DNA of 64,000 nt, from NCBI GenBank assembly GCA_963652725.1, contig CAVJUW010000003.1, positions 403 through 64,402 of the forward strand, read 5' to 3'. Made by a program: the position numbers and the translations under genes. The notes beneath the pieces were generated by a model, which had not been told where the DNA came from, did no database searches, and saw nothing but the letters and a program-made list of their open reading frames with translations. This DNA comes from Bacteroidaceae bacterium. GTDB lineage: Bacteria; Pseudomonadota; Gammaproteobacteria; Burkholderiales; Burkholderiaceae_F. Below, one piece after another: positions 30,325-39,515 of the stretch (position 1 is the first letter of the stretch; each line of letters starts with the position of its first letter).

Positions 30325-31178
30325 TGCCCCTTTGGCGCAACGCGCGCCACATATAACGGAGCGAAAGGAACCGCTTGCGTAAGAGCAATCAAACCATCTT
30401 TAGCCAATTCAAGGATGGCTAAATAGTTGACGATGGCGTACTCAACGCCGCTTCCCTTTTCAAAGAGATCTTGGAATTCAACAAAAGCGCTTTCTCCTAG
30501 ACGCCTTAAGATCTTTGTCATGAATTCGCGCACAGAAAGCTCTTGCCGAGAGATGCTGTGATTGCCTCGCAATTGCGCATTGGCAAGAACTTCTGCCCAA
30601 ACTCGGGCGAGGTCTTCGGCACTCACATTGGGGAGCACCTTATTTTGTGTTTGTTCGATTAGAACAAAAGCTTTCCAGAAGTCCCTGCCGTTTCTTGGAA
30701 TTGCATCGATTTCTCGTGCGGCAAGTTTCATCTTCTCGTATTCAAGGAGGCGCCTGGCTAATTCTGCTTGCGGGTCTTCGACCTCTTCGCCTTCATCGAT
30801 ACGTGTGACAGGCAATAAAAGGCGACTTTTAATCTGCATTAAGCACGCGGCCATCACGAGGTATTCGGCGGCAAGCTCTAAATTGGATTTCCGAATAAGC
30901 TCCACATAGCCCATGTACTGCTCGGTCACAAGCGCCATCGGCACATTCATCACATCAAACTTTTGCTTACGAATAAGATAAAGAAGGAGATCTAATGGCC
31001 CTTCGAAACTTTCAAGAAACACCTCCAAGGCATCGGGCGGAATATACAAACCGTCTGGAACCTTAAAAAGGGGCTCGCCATAAAGACGCGCCACCGCAAC
31101 GCCATCGACAACGTCTGGCGTTGAATCCGAAGTGGCTTCGGAGAGGTTTTCTGTGAAATCGTCGTTATTTGCGCTCAC
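30321..31178 (-). CDS. scpA: Segregation and condensation protein A (kleisin)
   Basis: FEGPLDLLLYLI, AAEYLVMAA.L..IKSRLLLP, LAILEL. Confidence 0.93.
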   Translation of the reverse strand: MSANNDDFTENLSEATSDSTPDVVDGVAVARLYGEPLFKVPDGLYIPPDALEVFLESFEGPLDLLLYLIRKQKFDVMNVPMALVTEQYMGYVELIRKSNLELAAEYLVMAACLMQIKSRLLLPVTRIDEGEEVEDPQAELARRLLEYEKMKLAAREIDAIPRNGRDFWKAFVLIEQTQNKVLPNVSAEDLARVWAEVLANAQLRGNHSISRQELSVREFMTKILRRLGESAFVEFQDLFEKGSGVEYAIVNYLAILELAKDGLIALTQAVPFAPLYVARVAPKGQ

Positions 31179-31181
31179 GGA

Positions 31182-31949
31182 TTACTTCTTTGCAGCAGAG
31201 ACTTTCTTTTTTGGAGCTGGCTTTGGCGCAGGGCCCAACGCATTTAAGCGCTGCTTTGCCGTTTTCGCACTTTCTGTCCCATCGTACTTCTTAACGACAT
31301 CGCTTAAGACATCTCGCGCCGTGTCGCGGTGTCCCAAGCGCTCTTCGGCTGCGGCCCAGGAAAGCATAGCTTCGGGAACGCGAGAGCTTTTCGGATAAAG
31401 CTTGACGAGTTTCTTTTGCGTAGCGGATGCAAGCGTTAACTTATTTTGAACGTAGTAAGCGCACCCTAACCAATAAAGCGTGTTAGCGATGTAACCGGAT
31501 TTCGGGAAGTCTATCGCAAGAGATTCCAAAAGCTTTTGGCTATCTTCATAGGAGCCCTCAGCAAAAAGTTCAAGCGCCAAGTCATAACGACGCTTTTCTT
31601 CAGGAACGACGGTAAATGTCTCACCGTTTTCCCCTTTTTCTACATGAGACTCCATCGCGGCAAGACGCTTATCAAGGCTTGTGAAGAGGTCACGGGCCGA
31701 GCGCTGCGAGAGGCTAATCTGGTGCGTGAGCTTTTCGATTTTCCCTGTGAGCTCAGCATTTTGGCTACGAAGCTGTTCAATCTGCCCTGTGAGTTCGAGT
31801 TGTGCGTTTTGTGTGGCATTTAACTTTTCGCGCAAATCAAGAATTGCACGGCGTGCTTCATCATCAGAAAACGCTGATGCGACGCCACTAGCCATGAACA
31901 GAGTTGAACCAACCACAAGAGCCAAAGCGGCCCGTTTAAAGCCCTTCAT
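31182..31949 (-). CDS. cpoB: Cell division coordinator CpoB (YbgF)
   Basis: Signal peptide, DDEARRAILDLR coiled coil, TPR motifs (YWLG, YPKS); follows pal. Confidence 0.88.
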   Translation of the reverse strand: MKGFKRAALALVVGSTLFMASGVASAFSDDEARRAILDLREKLNATQNAQLELTGQIEQLRSQNAELTGKIEKLTHQISLSQRSARDLFTSLDKRLAAMESHVEKGENGETFTVVPEEKRRYDLALELFAEGSYEDSQKLLESLAIDFPKSGYIANTLYWLGCAYYVQNKLTLASATQKKLVKLYPKSSRVPEAMLSWAAAEERLGHRDTARDVLSDVVKKYDGTESAKTAKQRLNALGPAPKPAPKKKVSAAKK

Positions 31950-31978
31950 TGCAGATGCCCCCAAAAGTCAATCTCAAA

Positions 31979-32464
31979 TTATTTCGTAATCACAATATCC
32001 GCACGGCGGTTCTTCGCCCAAGCTTCTTCGTTTTCACCGTGCGCAATTGGGCGTTCACGACCAAAGCTCACAGCCTCTAAACGTCGAGCGGAAATCCCGC
32101 GGATTTGCATCAAGCTCTTAACGGCTTCGCTACGCTTTTGACCAAGTGCCAAGTTGTATTCACGGCTACCACGGCTATCGGTATTGCCTTCAATGCGGGC
32201 ATTGAGGGCGGGATCTGCCATCATGGCACGTGTCTGACGATCGATTGTGCTGTAGTAGCGCGATTCGACCGTGTAGCTATCGAATGCAAAGTACACGCTC
32301 TTATCTTTGGCAAGAGCCTCTGGGCTAATCGATAAAGCCCCGTTGCGGCCTGAAGCCGTCTGTGTTGTTCCTTCTTTAGCCGATTCATCTAAGCTCACGC
32401 TCGAGCAACCAGCCAAAAGCATTGTTGCGGCAACTGCAGCCGCTAAGTAAGAGATCTTTTTCAC
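31979..32464 (-). CDS. pal: Peptidoglycan-associated lipoprotein Pal
   Basis: Lipobox LAGC, VYFAFDS, IEGNTDSRGSREYNLALGQKR, NRRA. Confidence 0.95.
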   Translation of the reverse strand: MKKISYLAAAVAATMLLAGCSSVSLDESAKEGTTQTASGRNGALSISPEALAKDKSVYFAFDSYTVESRYYSTIDRQTRAMMADPALNARIEGNTDSRGSREYNLALGQKRSEAVKSLMQIRGISARRLEAVSFGRERPIAHGENEEAWAKNRRADIVITK

Positions 32465-32555
32465 TTCAATCTATCTCCACAACATAAAAAAGATTGCATC
32501 CGAATCTTACAGACCTACGAGATAAGCCGTTGTTACAAATTACTTCCTAAAAAAC

Positions 32556-33863
32556 TTACTCTTCAATCAATGGACTCCACGTCGGCTCGCGAATGTCTCC
32601 CGTCGGACCCATGAGGCGCGTACTCGTTGTCCCATCAACACTTACGGTTGCAAGTACGCCACGGCGATTTTCTTCGCTTGCGTACACAATCATGCGACCG
32701 TTGGGAGAAAAGCACGGACTTTCATCCAAATCGGTTTTTGAAAGAATAAGTTCTTCGCCTGTCAGAAGATTCATACAGGCCACGCGATATCGGCTATCGA
32801 TTCGCGTCACGTAGGCTAAATTCGTTCCTGTTGGGTCGAGCGCGGGACTTACCGCATACTCAGCATTAAAGGTCATACGGTTAGCTTCCCCGGTTTCGAG
32901 GTTTTGCCGATACACCTGAGGCGTTCCGCCCCTGTCGCTCGTAAAGTAAAGCGCTTTCCCATCAGGAGAAAACACGGGTTCCGTGTCAATGGCAAAAGAG
33001 CGTGTTAAGCGCCTGACGTTTGTTCCATCCGAATTAATAAGATAGATTTGCGTAAATCCATCGCGAGAAAGCGCCACAGCAATCGTTTTTCCATCGGGAC
33101 TAAAGGCAGGAGCCGAATTGTTGCCTCGGAAATTCGCAACAAGACGCCTTTGACCCGTAGCGACCGTATGCACGTAAACCACGGGCTTATTTTCTTCAAA
33201 AGAAACGTACGCAAGTTGCTTACCGTCTGGCGACCACGCAGGAGAAATAATCGCCTCCGTGCTCTTTAGGGCGGCTTTGGGATTGGCGCCATCGCTATCT
33301 GCGACAATCAACTCATAGTGATTGGTTCCGTACTGCACCACATAGGCTAAGCGAGAAGCAAACATCGCACCATTGCCCGTTAACTTATCGTAGATACGGT
33401 CGGCAATGCGGTGCGCGCAAAGTCGCAACTGCGAACTTGCAACAACGAAACTTCCTTCGTCAAGAGCCTCGGACTCTTTTGCACAATCAAAAAGTCGATA
33501 ACGCACATCAAAGCGTCCATCGACGGTTTGCACAATCGAGCCCGTAGCCATCACATTAGCTCCTAGCTCTTGCCAAACGTGTAGATTCGGGCGAAGGGCC
33601 TCTTCGAGTGTTGCCTCTTGCGAGGAATGAATCAGACGAAACGCTCCCGTTCTTTCTAAGTCCGAGCCGACAACCGAGAAAATATCAATCCCGGTTTCGG
33701 TCGATCCATTCATTGGCTGCAGGCCAATCGGCAAGCAATTGGCCCCAACACCCATGATTCGAATCTGCAACTGAGAAAACGCCCTTGGCGCAACCGAGAG
33801 AGTCCCTAAAGCAACCGTTCCCGCAATAAGACCTCTGCGGCTTACGCGATGAAGTTCTCGCAT
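32556..33863 (-). CDS. tolB: Tol-Pal beta-propeller protein TolB
   Basis: AHRIAD, repeated SPAWSPDG/APAFSPDG/EPVFSPDG blades; upstream of pal. Confidence 0.95.
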   Translation of the reverse strand: MRELHRVSRRGLIAGTVALGTLSVAPRAFSQLQIRIMGVGANCLPIGLQPMNGSTETGIDIFSVVGSDLERTGAFRLIHSSQEATLEEALRPNLHVWQELGANVMATGSIVQTVDGRFDVRYRLFDCAKESEALDEGSFVVASSQLRLCAHRIADRIYDKLTGNGAMFASRLAYVVQYGTNHYELIVADSDGANPKAALKSTEAIISPAWSPDGKQLAYVSFEENKPVVYVHTVATGQRRLVANFRGNNSAPAFSPDGKTIAVALSRDGFTQIYLINSDGTNVRRLTRSFAIDTEPVFSPDGKALYFTSDRGGTPQVYRQNLETGEANRMTFNAEYAVSPALDPTGTNLAYVTRIDSRYRVACMNLLTGEELILSKTDLDESPCFSPNGRMIVYASEENRRGVLATVSVDGTTSTRLMGPTGDIREPTWSPLIEE

Positions 33864-33886
33864 AAAAATCCCTTCAAATGTTTGTC

Positions 33887-35443
33887 CTAGTGTCTAAAGT
33901 GACGTTCTCCAGTAAAGACCATCACGATGCCGCGCTCGTCGGCAGCCGCGATGACCTCAGGGTCTCGAATCGAGCCACCCGGTTGAATCACAGCGGTTGC
34001 GCCGTGGTCAACCACAACATCAAGACCATCTCTAAATGGGAAGAACGCGTCACTTGCGACCGCACAGCCCTTTAACGAATGACCAAACTCTTCGGCCTTC
34101 ATCGCAGCAATCTTCGCAGAATCCACGCGACTCATCTGCCCGGCACCAACGCCAAGCGTCATGCCACTTCTTGCGTAAACGATTGTGTTGGATTTCACAA
34201 AGCGCGCGATATTCCACGCAAACATCATGTCAGCGATTTGTTCGGAAGTCGGTTGCTTTTTGGTAACAACGCGAAGCGCGTCTTCTGAGCAAAGCTGGAT
34301 ATCGGGTGTCTGGACAAGCAGGCCCCCTCCAACGCGCTTAAATTCAAAGTCGTTGTGAGTGGCGCCATTAGCGACAACAAGAATCCGCAGGTTCTTCTTT
34401 TGCTCGAAAACAGCCAATGCTTCTTTCGTGTAAGAAGGAGCAATCACAACTTCTGCGAATTGGTGACCAATTTCGGCTGCTGTCTTATCGTCAACTTCGC
34501 GGTTAAAGGCGATGATGCCGCCGAAGGCGCTCTTCGGGTCGCACGCGAAGGCTTTCTTATAGGCCTCAAACACAGACATCGCAACCGCTGCGCCGCAAGG
34601 ATTGGCGTGCTTCATGATGATGCAGGCAGGCGCTGTAAAGCTTCTTGCCGCTTCCCAAGCCGCGTCACTATCGGAGATGTTGTTATAGGAGAGCTCTTTA
34701 CCCTGAAGCTGTGTGTAACCGGCTAAGAGGCCAGGAGCCACATTGTGTTCTTTATAGAAAGCTGCCTGCTGATGGGGATTTTCTCCATAGCGCATATCCT
34801 GAACTTTGACCCACTGACGGGTAAAGACATCGGGGAATTTCTTCGTGGGCTTCTTTTCATCGTCGAGGCTTGTTAAGAAATTCGAAATCGCCGCATCGTA
34901 GCGAGCCGTATGAGAAAAGACTTTCTTCGCAAGATCTAAGCGCGTTGCGGCACTGACTTCCCCGTTGGCTTTAATTTCATCGATGACGCGCTTGTAATCC
35001 TTAGGATCGACAACAACAGCGACGGATTCGTGATTTTTCGCAGCCGCTCGAATCATTGTCGGGCCGCCAATATCAATGTTTTCGATAGCAAGCTCAAATG
35101 TGCAATCGGGGCGAGCAATCGTTTGCTCAAACGGATAAAGATTCACGCAGACGATATCGATCGGATCGATCTTGTGCTCTTCAAGCGCTTTCATATGTTC
35201 TGGCACAGGGCGACGCGCCAAGATACCCGCATGAATATGCGGGTCGAGTGTTTTCACGCGACCGTCGAGCATTTCAGGAAAGCCCGTGTAGTCAGCTACT
35301 TCCTGGCAAGCAATCCCTTCTTTGGCTAAAAGCTTTGCCGTCCCACCAGTTGAAAGAATGTGGTAGCCCAAGTTCACGAGTTCGCGAGCGAAATCGGCAA
35401 CGCCTGCCTTATCGGAAACGCTAATGAGTGCTTGTTTACGCAT
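33887..35443 (-). CDS. purH: Bifunctional AICAR transformylase/IMP cyclohydrolase
   Basis: [49 protein letters not shown]. Confidence 0.98.
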   Translation of the reverse strand: MRKQALISVSDKAGVADFARELVNLGYHILSTGGTAKLLAKEGIACQEVADYTGFPEMLDGRVKTLDPHIHAGILARRPVPEHMKALEEHKIDPIDIVCVNLYPFEQTIARPDCTFELAIENIDIGGPTMIRAAAKNHESVAVVVDPKDYKRVIDEIKANGEVSAATRLDLAKKVFSHTARYDAAISNFLTSLDDEKKPTKKFPDVFTRQWVKVQDMRYGENPHQQAAFYKEHNVAPGLLAGYTQLQGKELSYNNISDSDAAWEAARSFTAPACIIMKHANPCGAAVAMSVFEAYKKAFACDPKSAFGGIIAFNREVDDKTAAEIGHQFAEVVIAPSYTKEALAVFEQKKNLRILVVANGATHNDFEFKRVGGGLLVQTPDIQLCSEDALRVVTKKQPTSEQIADMMFAWNIARFVKSNTIVYARSGMTLGVGAGQMSRVDSAKIAAMKAEEFGHSLKGCAVASDAFFPFRDGLDVVVDHGATAVIQPGGSIRDPEVIAAADERGIVMVFTGERHFRH

Positions 35444-35445
35444 TT

Positions 35446-35736
35446 TTAAAAACCCCTCCTATCAGAGTCTCCCCAAAAACCCTGCTCACAGAGTTTCTTG
35501 TGAAGTGTATTTCGATTAATTCCCAAAACCTTTGCGGCCATTTTTTGGTTACCCTCAGTTTTTTCCATGGCCCAACGAAAGAGCGGTCGCTCCACAGCAG
35601 AGATAATCATACTGTGAATTGGTAAACCTTTAACACCATCCAAATCACGAATATAGCCCTCAACTCGCGAAATAATGAGTTCGGCGAGTTCGTCTTTTGT
35701 CTCGGGGACTTCTTTGGATTTTTCTAGGCTATCCAT
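35446..35736 (-). CDS. fis: Fis DNA-binding protein
   Basis: [29 protein letters not shown]; dusB-fis-purH order. Confidence 0.88.
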   Translation of the reverse strand: MDSLEKSKEVPETKDELAELIISRVEGYIRDLDGVKGLPIHSMIISAVERPLFRWAMEKTEGNQKMAAKVLGINRNTLHKKLCEQGFWGDSDRRGF

Positions 35737-36701
35737 AGCGAGTCTTTCGTCAAAAAATCTTCTAACACTCGAGTGACACTTTCTGCATCATCGAGACCAA
35801 AAATTGTTTGTGCTGCTTCTTTCCCGCCAGTAAAGGCCGAGAGATACCACAGTGCATGCTTACGGAACATCCGCACAGCGTGCTTCGTCTGCCCAAACAT
35901 TGCGCAGTGTTCTTTCCAATGGCTAAGAATCACTTTGCGCTTTTCATCTTGCGTGAATTCCTGAGAAGCTTTGCCTGCGATTGCATCAGAAATCTCGCGA
36001 AAAATCCACGGTGCACCAAGAGCTGCGCGACCGACCATCACGCCCGCAGCTCCAGTTTCTTTCATAACTCGGGTCGCTTTTTCTCCCGAGTCAATGTCGC
36101 CGTTTGCGATAACGGGGATTTTTAACTCTCTTACGACCTTGCCAATCATCGCGTAATCCACAGGGCCCGTAAAGCGTGCTTTCCTTGTCCTTGCGTGAAC
36201 GGAAACAGCGGAAAATCCAATTTCTTCAGCTGCCTTCGCTAGCTCAAGCACGGTTTTGTGTTCTTCATCCCAGCCTGTTCGCATCTTCACAGTCACTGCT
36301 ACTGTCGTAGCCGCTTTCACCGCTTCTAGGATGCGAGTGGCGAGTTTCACATCTCCCATGAGTGCTGAACCGCACGCTTTACCGCAAACCACGCGCGCCG
36401 GGCACCCAAAATTCACATCAACAATCTTTGCCCCAGAGTTTTGCGCATAAAAGGCCGCATCGGCCATTTGAGCTGGATCTGCCCCAAGAATCTGAATAAC
36501 AGGAATCGATTCGGCCGCCGAAACCGTAAAGCGACTCTTTGTCTTTTCCGTTTTCCGAAGCTCAGGGTTACTTGCAACCATTTCTCCGAATGCAAGCCCT
36601 GCTCCACAATCCAAACACACCTTCCGAAATACCGCGTCAGTCACCCCTGCCATCGGGGCAAGGACGACTGGATTTTCGATGCGATACGCTCCGATTTGCA
36701 T
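35724..36701 (-). CDS. dusB: tRNA-dihydrouridine synthase DusB
   Basis: LAPMAGVTD, NFGCP, VKMRTGW, HARTR, ANGDI, MVGR; upstream of fis. Confidence 0.93.
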   Translation of the reverse strand: MQIGAYRIENPVVLAPMAGVTDAVFRKVCLDCGAGLAFGEMVASNPELRKTEKTKSRFTVSAAESIPVIQILGADPAQMADAAFYAQNSGAKIVDVNFGCPARVVCGKACGSALMGDVKLATRILEAVKAATTVAVTVKMRTGWDEEHKTVLELAKAAEEIGFSAVSVHARTRKARFTGPVDYAMIGKVVRELKIPVIANGDIDSGEKATRVMKETGAAGVMVGRAALGAPWIFREISDAIAGKASQEFTQDEKRKVILSHWKEHCAMFGQTKHAVRMFRKHALWYLSAFTGGKEAAQTIFGLDDAESVTRVLEDFLTKDSLWIA

Positions 36702-36743
36702 GTATGGAAAATGGGGAATTTTTCTCTGAGACTTTTGGCCGTT

Positions 36744-36773
36744 ATTCTACCCTAGTTGCCTAAAAATCGGGCA
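36744..36773 (-). promoter_or_regulatory. Putative dusB-fis promoter: -10 TAGAAT with a Fis-type site just upstream
   Basis: Minus-strand TAGAAT at 36749-36744. TGCC-TAAAAATCG-GGCA (36757-36773) has a G-N13-C core with an A-rich centre. Confidence 0.45.
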
Positions 36774-36881
36774 CGTATTTTTGTGCCAAAACTATGTAGG
36801 GGCAAAAAGTGAGAAAGCGAGAATTTTCGTTATTTTTCAATTGTTTGTCTAGGAACAAAAGAGAGCCTTGCGATCTATCGT

Positions 36882-37157
36882 TTAGCTCGACACAGTCATA
36901 CGCACCCCTAAAGCACGCATCACTTTGACAATAGTTGCGAACTCAGGGTTACCATTCCCAGACAAGGAGCGATAAAGGCTCTCACGAGATAATCCCGTTT
37001 CCTTGGCAAGTTGAGTCATCCCGCGAGCCTTCGCGATATCGCCGAGAGTTGCGGCAATCAAACTTCCATCTCCAGGATCTTCCTCAAAAGCAGCCTCCAA
37101 CGCTAATTGGAAATCCTTTTTTGTCTTGAGATAGTCTAACGGGTCAAAGTTCTTCAA
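36882..37157 (-). CDS. Addiction module antidote protein (HI1420-type HTH antitoxin)
   Basis: FDPLDYL, LGDIAKARGMTQLAKETGLSRESLYRSLS..GNPEFAT..KV..ALG; TTG start. Confidence 0.9.
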   Translation of the reverse strand: MKNFDPLDYLKTKKDFQLALEAAFEEDPGDGSLIAATLGDIAKARGMTQLAKETGLSRESLYRSLSGNGNPEFATIVKVMRALGVRMTVSS

Positions 37158-37291
37158 CTTTATTTTTCATCTCCTCAAACAATTGCTTCGCCAGCCATTT
37201 GGCTTTATCGATGTCCTTTTGTTGATTTTCCTTCCCACCACCACAAAGCAAAAACGTCAGTGGTTTGAATAACATATTTGGCGGACTCCAT
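37144..37291 (-). pseudogene. Internally deleted RelE-like addiction module toxin (HI1419-type)
   Basis: ATG 37291 (after GAGG) reads MESAKYVIQTTDVF and stops at 37205. A different frame carries the typical C-terminus LLCGGGKENQQKDIDKAK, ending TGA 37144. Only 148 nt in total. Confidence 0.75.
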
Positions 37292-37321
37292 AAACAAGCA
37301 CACCTCTTATCGGAAATTTAT

Positions 37322-37339
37322 TGTAGCCCATAGGCTACA
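37322..37339. promoter_or_regulatory. Palindromic operator upstream of the TA locus
   Basis: Perfect inverted repeat TGTAGCC-CATA-GGCTACA, 30 nt upstream of the toxin ATG. Confidence 0.6.
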
Positions 37340-37454
37340 CAAAAGCATCTTTTTTCATATGCGCACGCTCTAGAAACACTTACTCGAGTGCAGAAAGTCT
37401 CGTTTCCTTGAACATACCTAAAAACTTATTTGAACACCCTTCTCCATAAGACGG

Positions 37455-38195
37455 CTATCGAATCGGCACAAGTCCTTTAAATTGCACATCAGCACCCTCA
37501 CCACGAATTAAGCGTGGTTCGCCCGGAGTGATAGAAAGAAATCCAACTTGCGCTAAATATCCCTGATAGCCCCTGCGCTTCATCTGCCAATTGAGTTCCT
37601 CAAGTTCTTCTGGAAACTCGGGTTTAGGCTCGGGAATCCGATACGGTAAGACAAGCGCCCATTCTCTTAGCTCGCGTGAGCGAGAAAACCACATTGACGG
37701 ATAAACATCAGGGTTTCTGCTTGAAGAAAGAATCTCGTAGCCTTTCTTTTGAAGGTCTTCGCGCACAAACTGACAGGCAAAATCAAAAAGCTCCCACCTG
37801 CCAATCTCGATTCTTTCATCGGTTACAAGATCAGGGGGCACAACAAAACGGCCCGTTTGAATATCCTGTAGGCCCCAGCCTGGGTACTTCGGACGCCACC
37901 CTCTAAGCGGGCTATACCGCATCAGAATTCGGCAGGCCCGTGCGCCCCAGCCTGTGGCAATTGAGATAAGGCCATCCTCGGAACCAGGAATCTCGAGCCT
38001 TCTAGCTTCGTCTTCGATGCGGATAAAGTACGCCTGATTTCCGTAAAAGAACGAGAAATGCTCTAGAAACGGCGGATAAGGATCGGCTTTAATCCAACGC
38101 AGCGCGGCTCCTCCTTGCGTTTGGATATGTTGACCAACGGCATTCCAACACTCCAAAAAAGCTCTTGACGGCAGGTTGTTGTTAACGCGATACAT
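37455..38195 (-). CDS. Hypothetical protein (246 aa)
   Basis: Long ORF with RBS (AAGGAAGAG) before ATG; globular, aromatic-rich composition; no family recognised with confidence. Confidence 0.75.
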   Translation of the reverse strand: MYRVNNNLPSRAFLECWNAVGQHIQTQGGAALRWIKADPYPPFLEHFSFFYGNQAYFIRIEDEARRLEIPGSEDGLISIATGWGARACRILMRYSPLRGWRPKYPGWGLQDIQTGRFVVPPDLVTDERIEIGRWELFDFACQFVREDLQKKGYEILSSSRNPDVYPSMWFSRSRELREWALVLPYRIPEPKPEFPEELEELNWQMKRRGYQGYLAQVGFLSITPGEPRLIRGEGADVQFKGLVPIR

Positions 38196-38493
38196 AGCTC
38201 TTCCTTTATGAAAATGGCTAAGAATTCTTTTTTCTTCAGAGTATATGAGGGAGCACCTCCCACCGTACCCCTTTTGTGAAGGTATTGTGACTTTGGTTGA
38301 AAGTGAAACGTTTTTCTCGGCGATTGATCCTGCGAAAAAAGAGCCTTGCTTGAGGCTTTGATTCAGGGCCTTGCGTAAAACGAGGTTTCCTAAGAAAAAA
38401 TCCTCAAAAATAAGGCGTTCTCTTCTTCGCTACTCCTGTAAAATCACAAAATCAAAGGCCTTTTTCTATTGCAAAAAACCAAAGGAGCTCATT

Positions 38494-39423
38494 GTGAAAA
38501 AGATTCTCGTCTCCATCGATAACAGCAAATACGCTGAAAACGTTTTGGACTTCTTGATTCGCATTGCCGAAACCGCTGAGGTTAAGCCCGAAGTCACACT
38601 CTTTACGGTCATTGAACCGACACTTCCAGCAGAAGTGATGGGTCGACTCGGCGAAGCTGGCATCGAACGCTTTAAGACATTAGCAGAAGACATCCTTAAC
38701 CCAGCTATGGACAAGCTCACGAAAGCTGGCGTTGCTGCGAAGGCTGAATGGGAACTCGGAATGCCAGCCGAAAAGATTTCCGCCAAAGCCCGTGAGATTG
38801 AACCCTCGTACATTTTGATGGGCTCTCGTGGCTTAACAGGTCTTGAAAGCCTCTTCTTTGGTTCTGTGACAGTTGGCGTTCTCTCCCGTACAAAGACCCC
38901 GATGTTGATTGTCCGTGGTCCGGTGAAGGCCACTGGGGAAGTCCGCAAGATTGGTGTCGCTGTTGACGGTTCCGAACGCTCCAATCAGGTTTTGGAATTC
39001 CTCATCGCCAACAAGGCACTGTTACCCGCCAAGTGCGAGTACCACGCCATTTACGTCAGCAAGAGCGCCGACGACTACATGTTCGGTGCTTTAGGCGCTG
39101 CGACATTGGCTGCCTCTGGTCGTTCAGCGGGACTCGCCCAGGTTGCACTCTTAAATGAAGCGAGTGGCAAAGAACTTGAAAAGCAGTCCACAGACAATGT
39201 GATGACACCATTGCGTGGCCTCTTTGAAAAGCTTGGCAACGTAAAAGAAGTCGCCCTGCAAGGTAAGGCAGGAGACAAGATTGCTCAGTACGCTGAAAAA
39301 GAGAATTTGGATCTTCTTGTTATGGGTAGCCACGGTCGCTCAAACCTCGAAGCCGCCTTCGCGGGTTCCGTTGTGATGCGTGTTGCGGCCCAGGGTACAG
39401 TTCCGCTTTTCATCATTCGCTAA
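38494..39423 (+). CDS. Tandem-domain universal stress protein
   Basis: KKILVSIDNS...MGSRG...GSV and KIGVAVDGS...MGSHG...GSV; GTG 38494 after AAGGAG. Confidence 0.92.
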   Translation: MKKILVSIDNSKYAENVLDFLIRIAETAEVKPEVTLFTVIEPTLPAEVMGRLGEAGIERFKTLAEDILNPAMDKLTKAGVAAKAEWELGMPAEKISAKAREIEPSYILMGSRGLTGLESLFFGSVTVGVLSRTKTPMLIVRGPVKATGEVRKIGVAVDGSERSNQVLEFLIANKALLPAKCEYHAIYVSKSADDYMFGALGAATLAASGRSAGLAQVALLNEASGKELEKQSTDNVMTPLRGLFEKLGNVKEVALQGKAGDKIAQYAEKENLDLLVMGSHGRSNLEAAFAGSVVMRVAAQGTVPLFIIR

Positions 39424-39434
39424 CGATAGCTTTT

Positions 39435-39515
39435 AAGGAGAGTTTTAAAAAACTCTCCTTACTCGACAGTTTCAGACGAGCACTTTTCCAAAGTGAGAGT
39501 GCTCGTTTTCTTTTT
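39435..39515. terminator. Two hairpins between convergent usp and pncA
   Basis: AAGGAGAGTTTT-AA-AAAACTCTCCTT (39435-39460), then ACGAGCACT...AGTGCTCGT followed by a T-rich tract. Confidence 0.65.

Noticed and set aside
37157..37176. Possible frameshift at the antitoxin start (GAGGAG-ATG-AAAAA; removing one A gives MKIKLKNFDP)
   Set aside because: That ATG is in the toxin frame, so the change would fuse the two genes; the TTG start already gives a complete antitoxin
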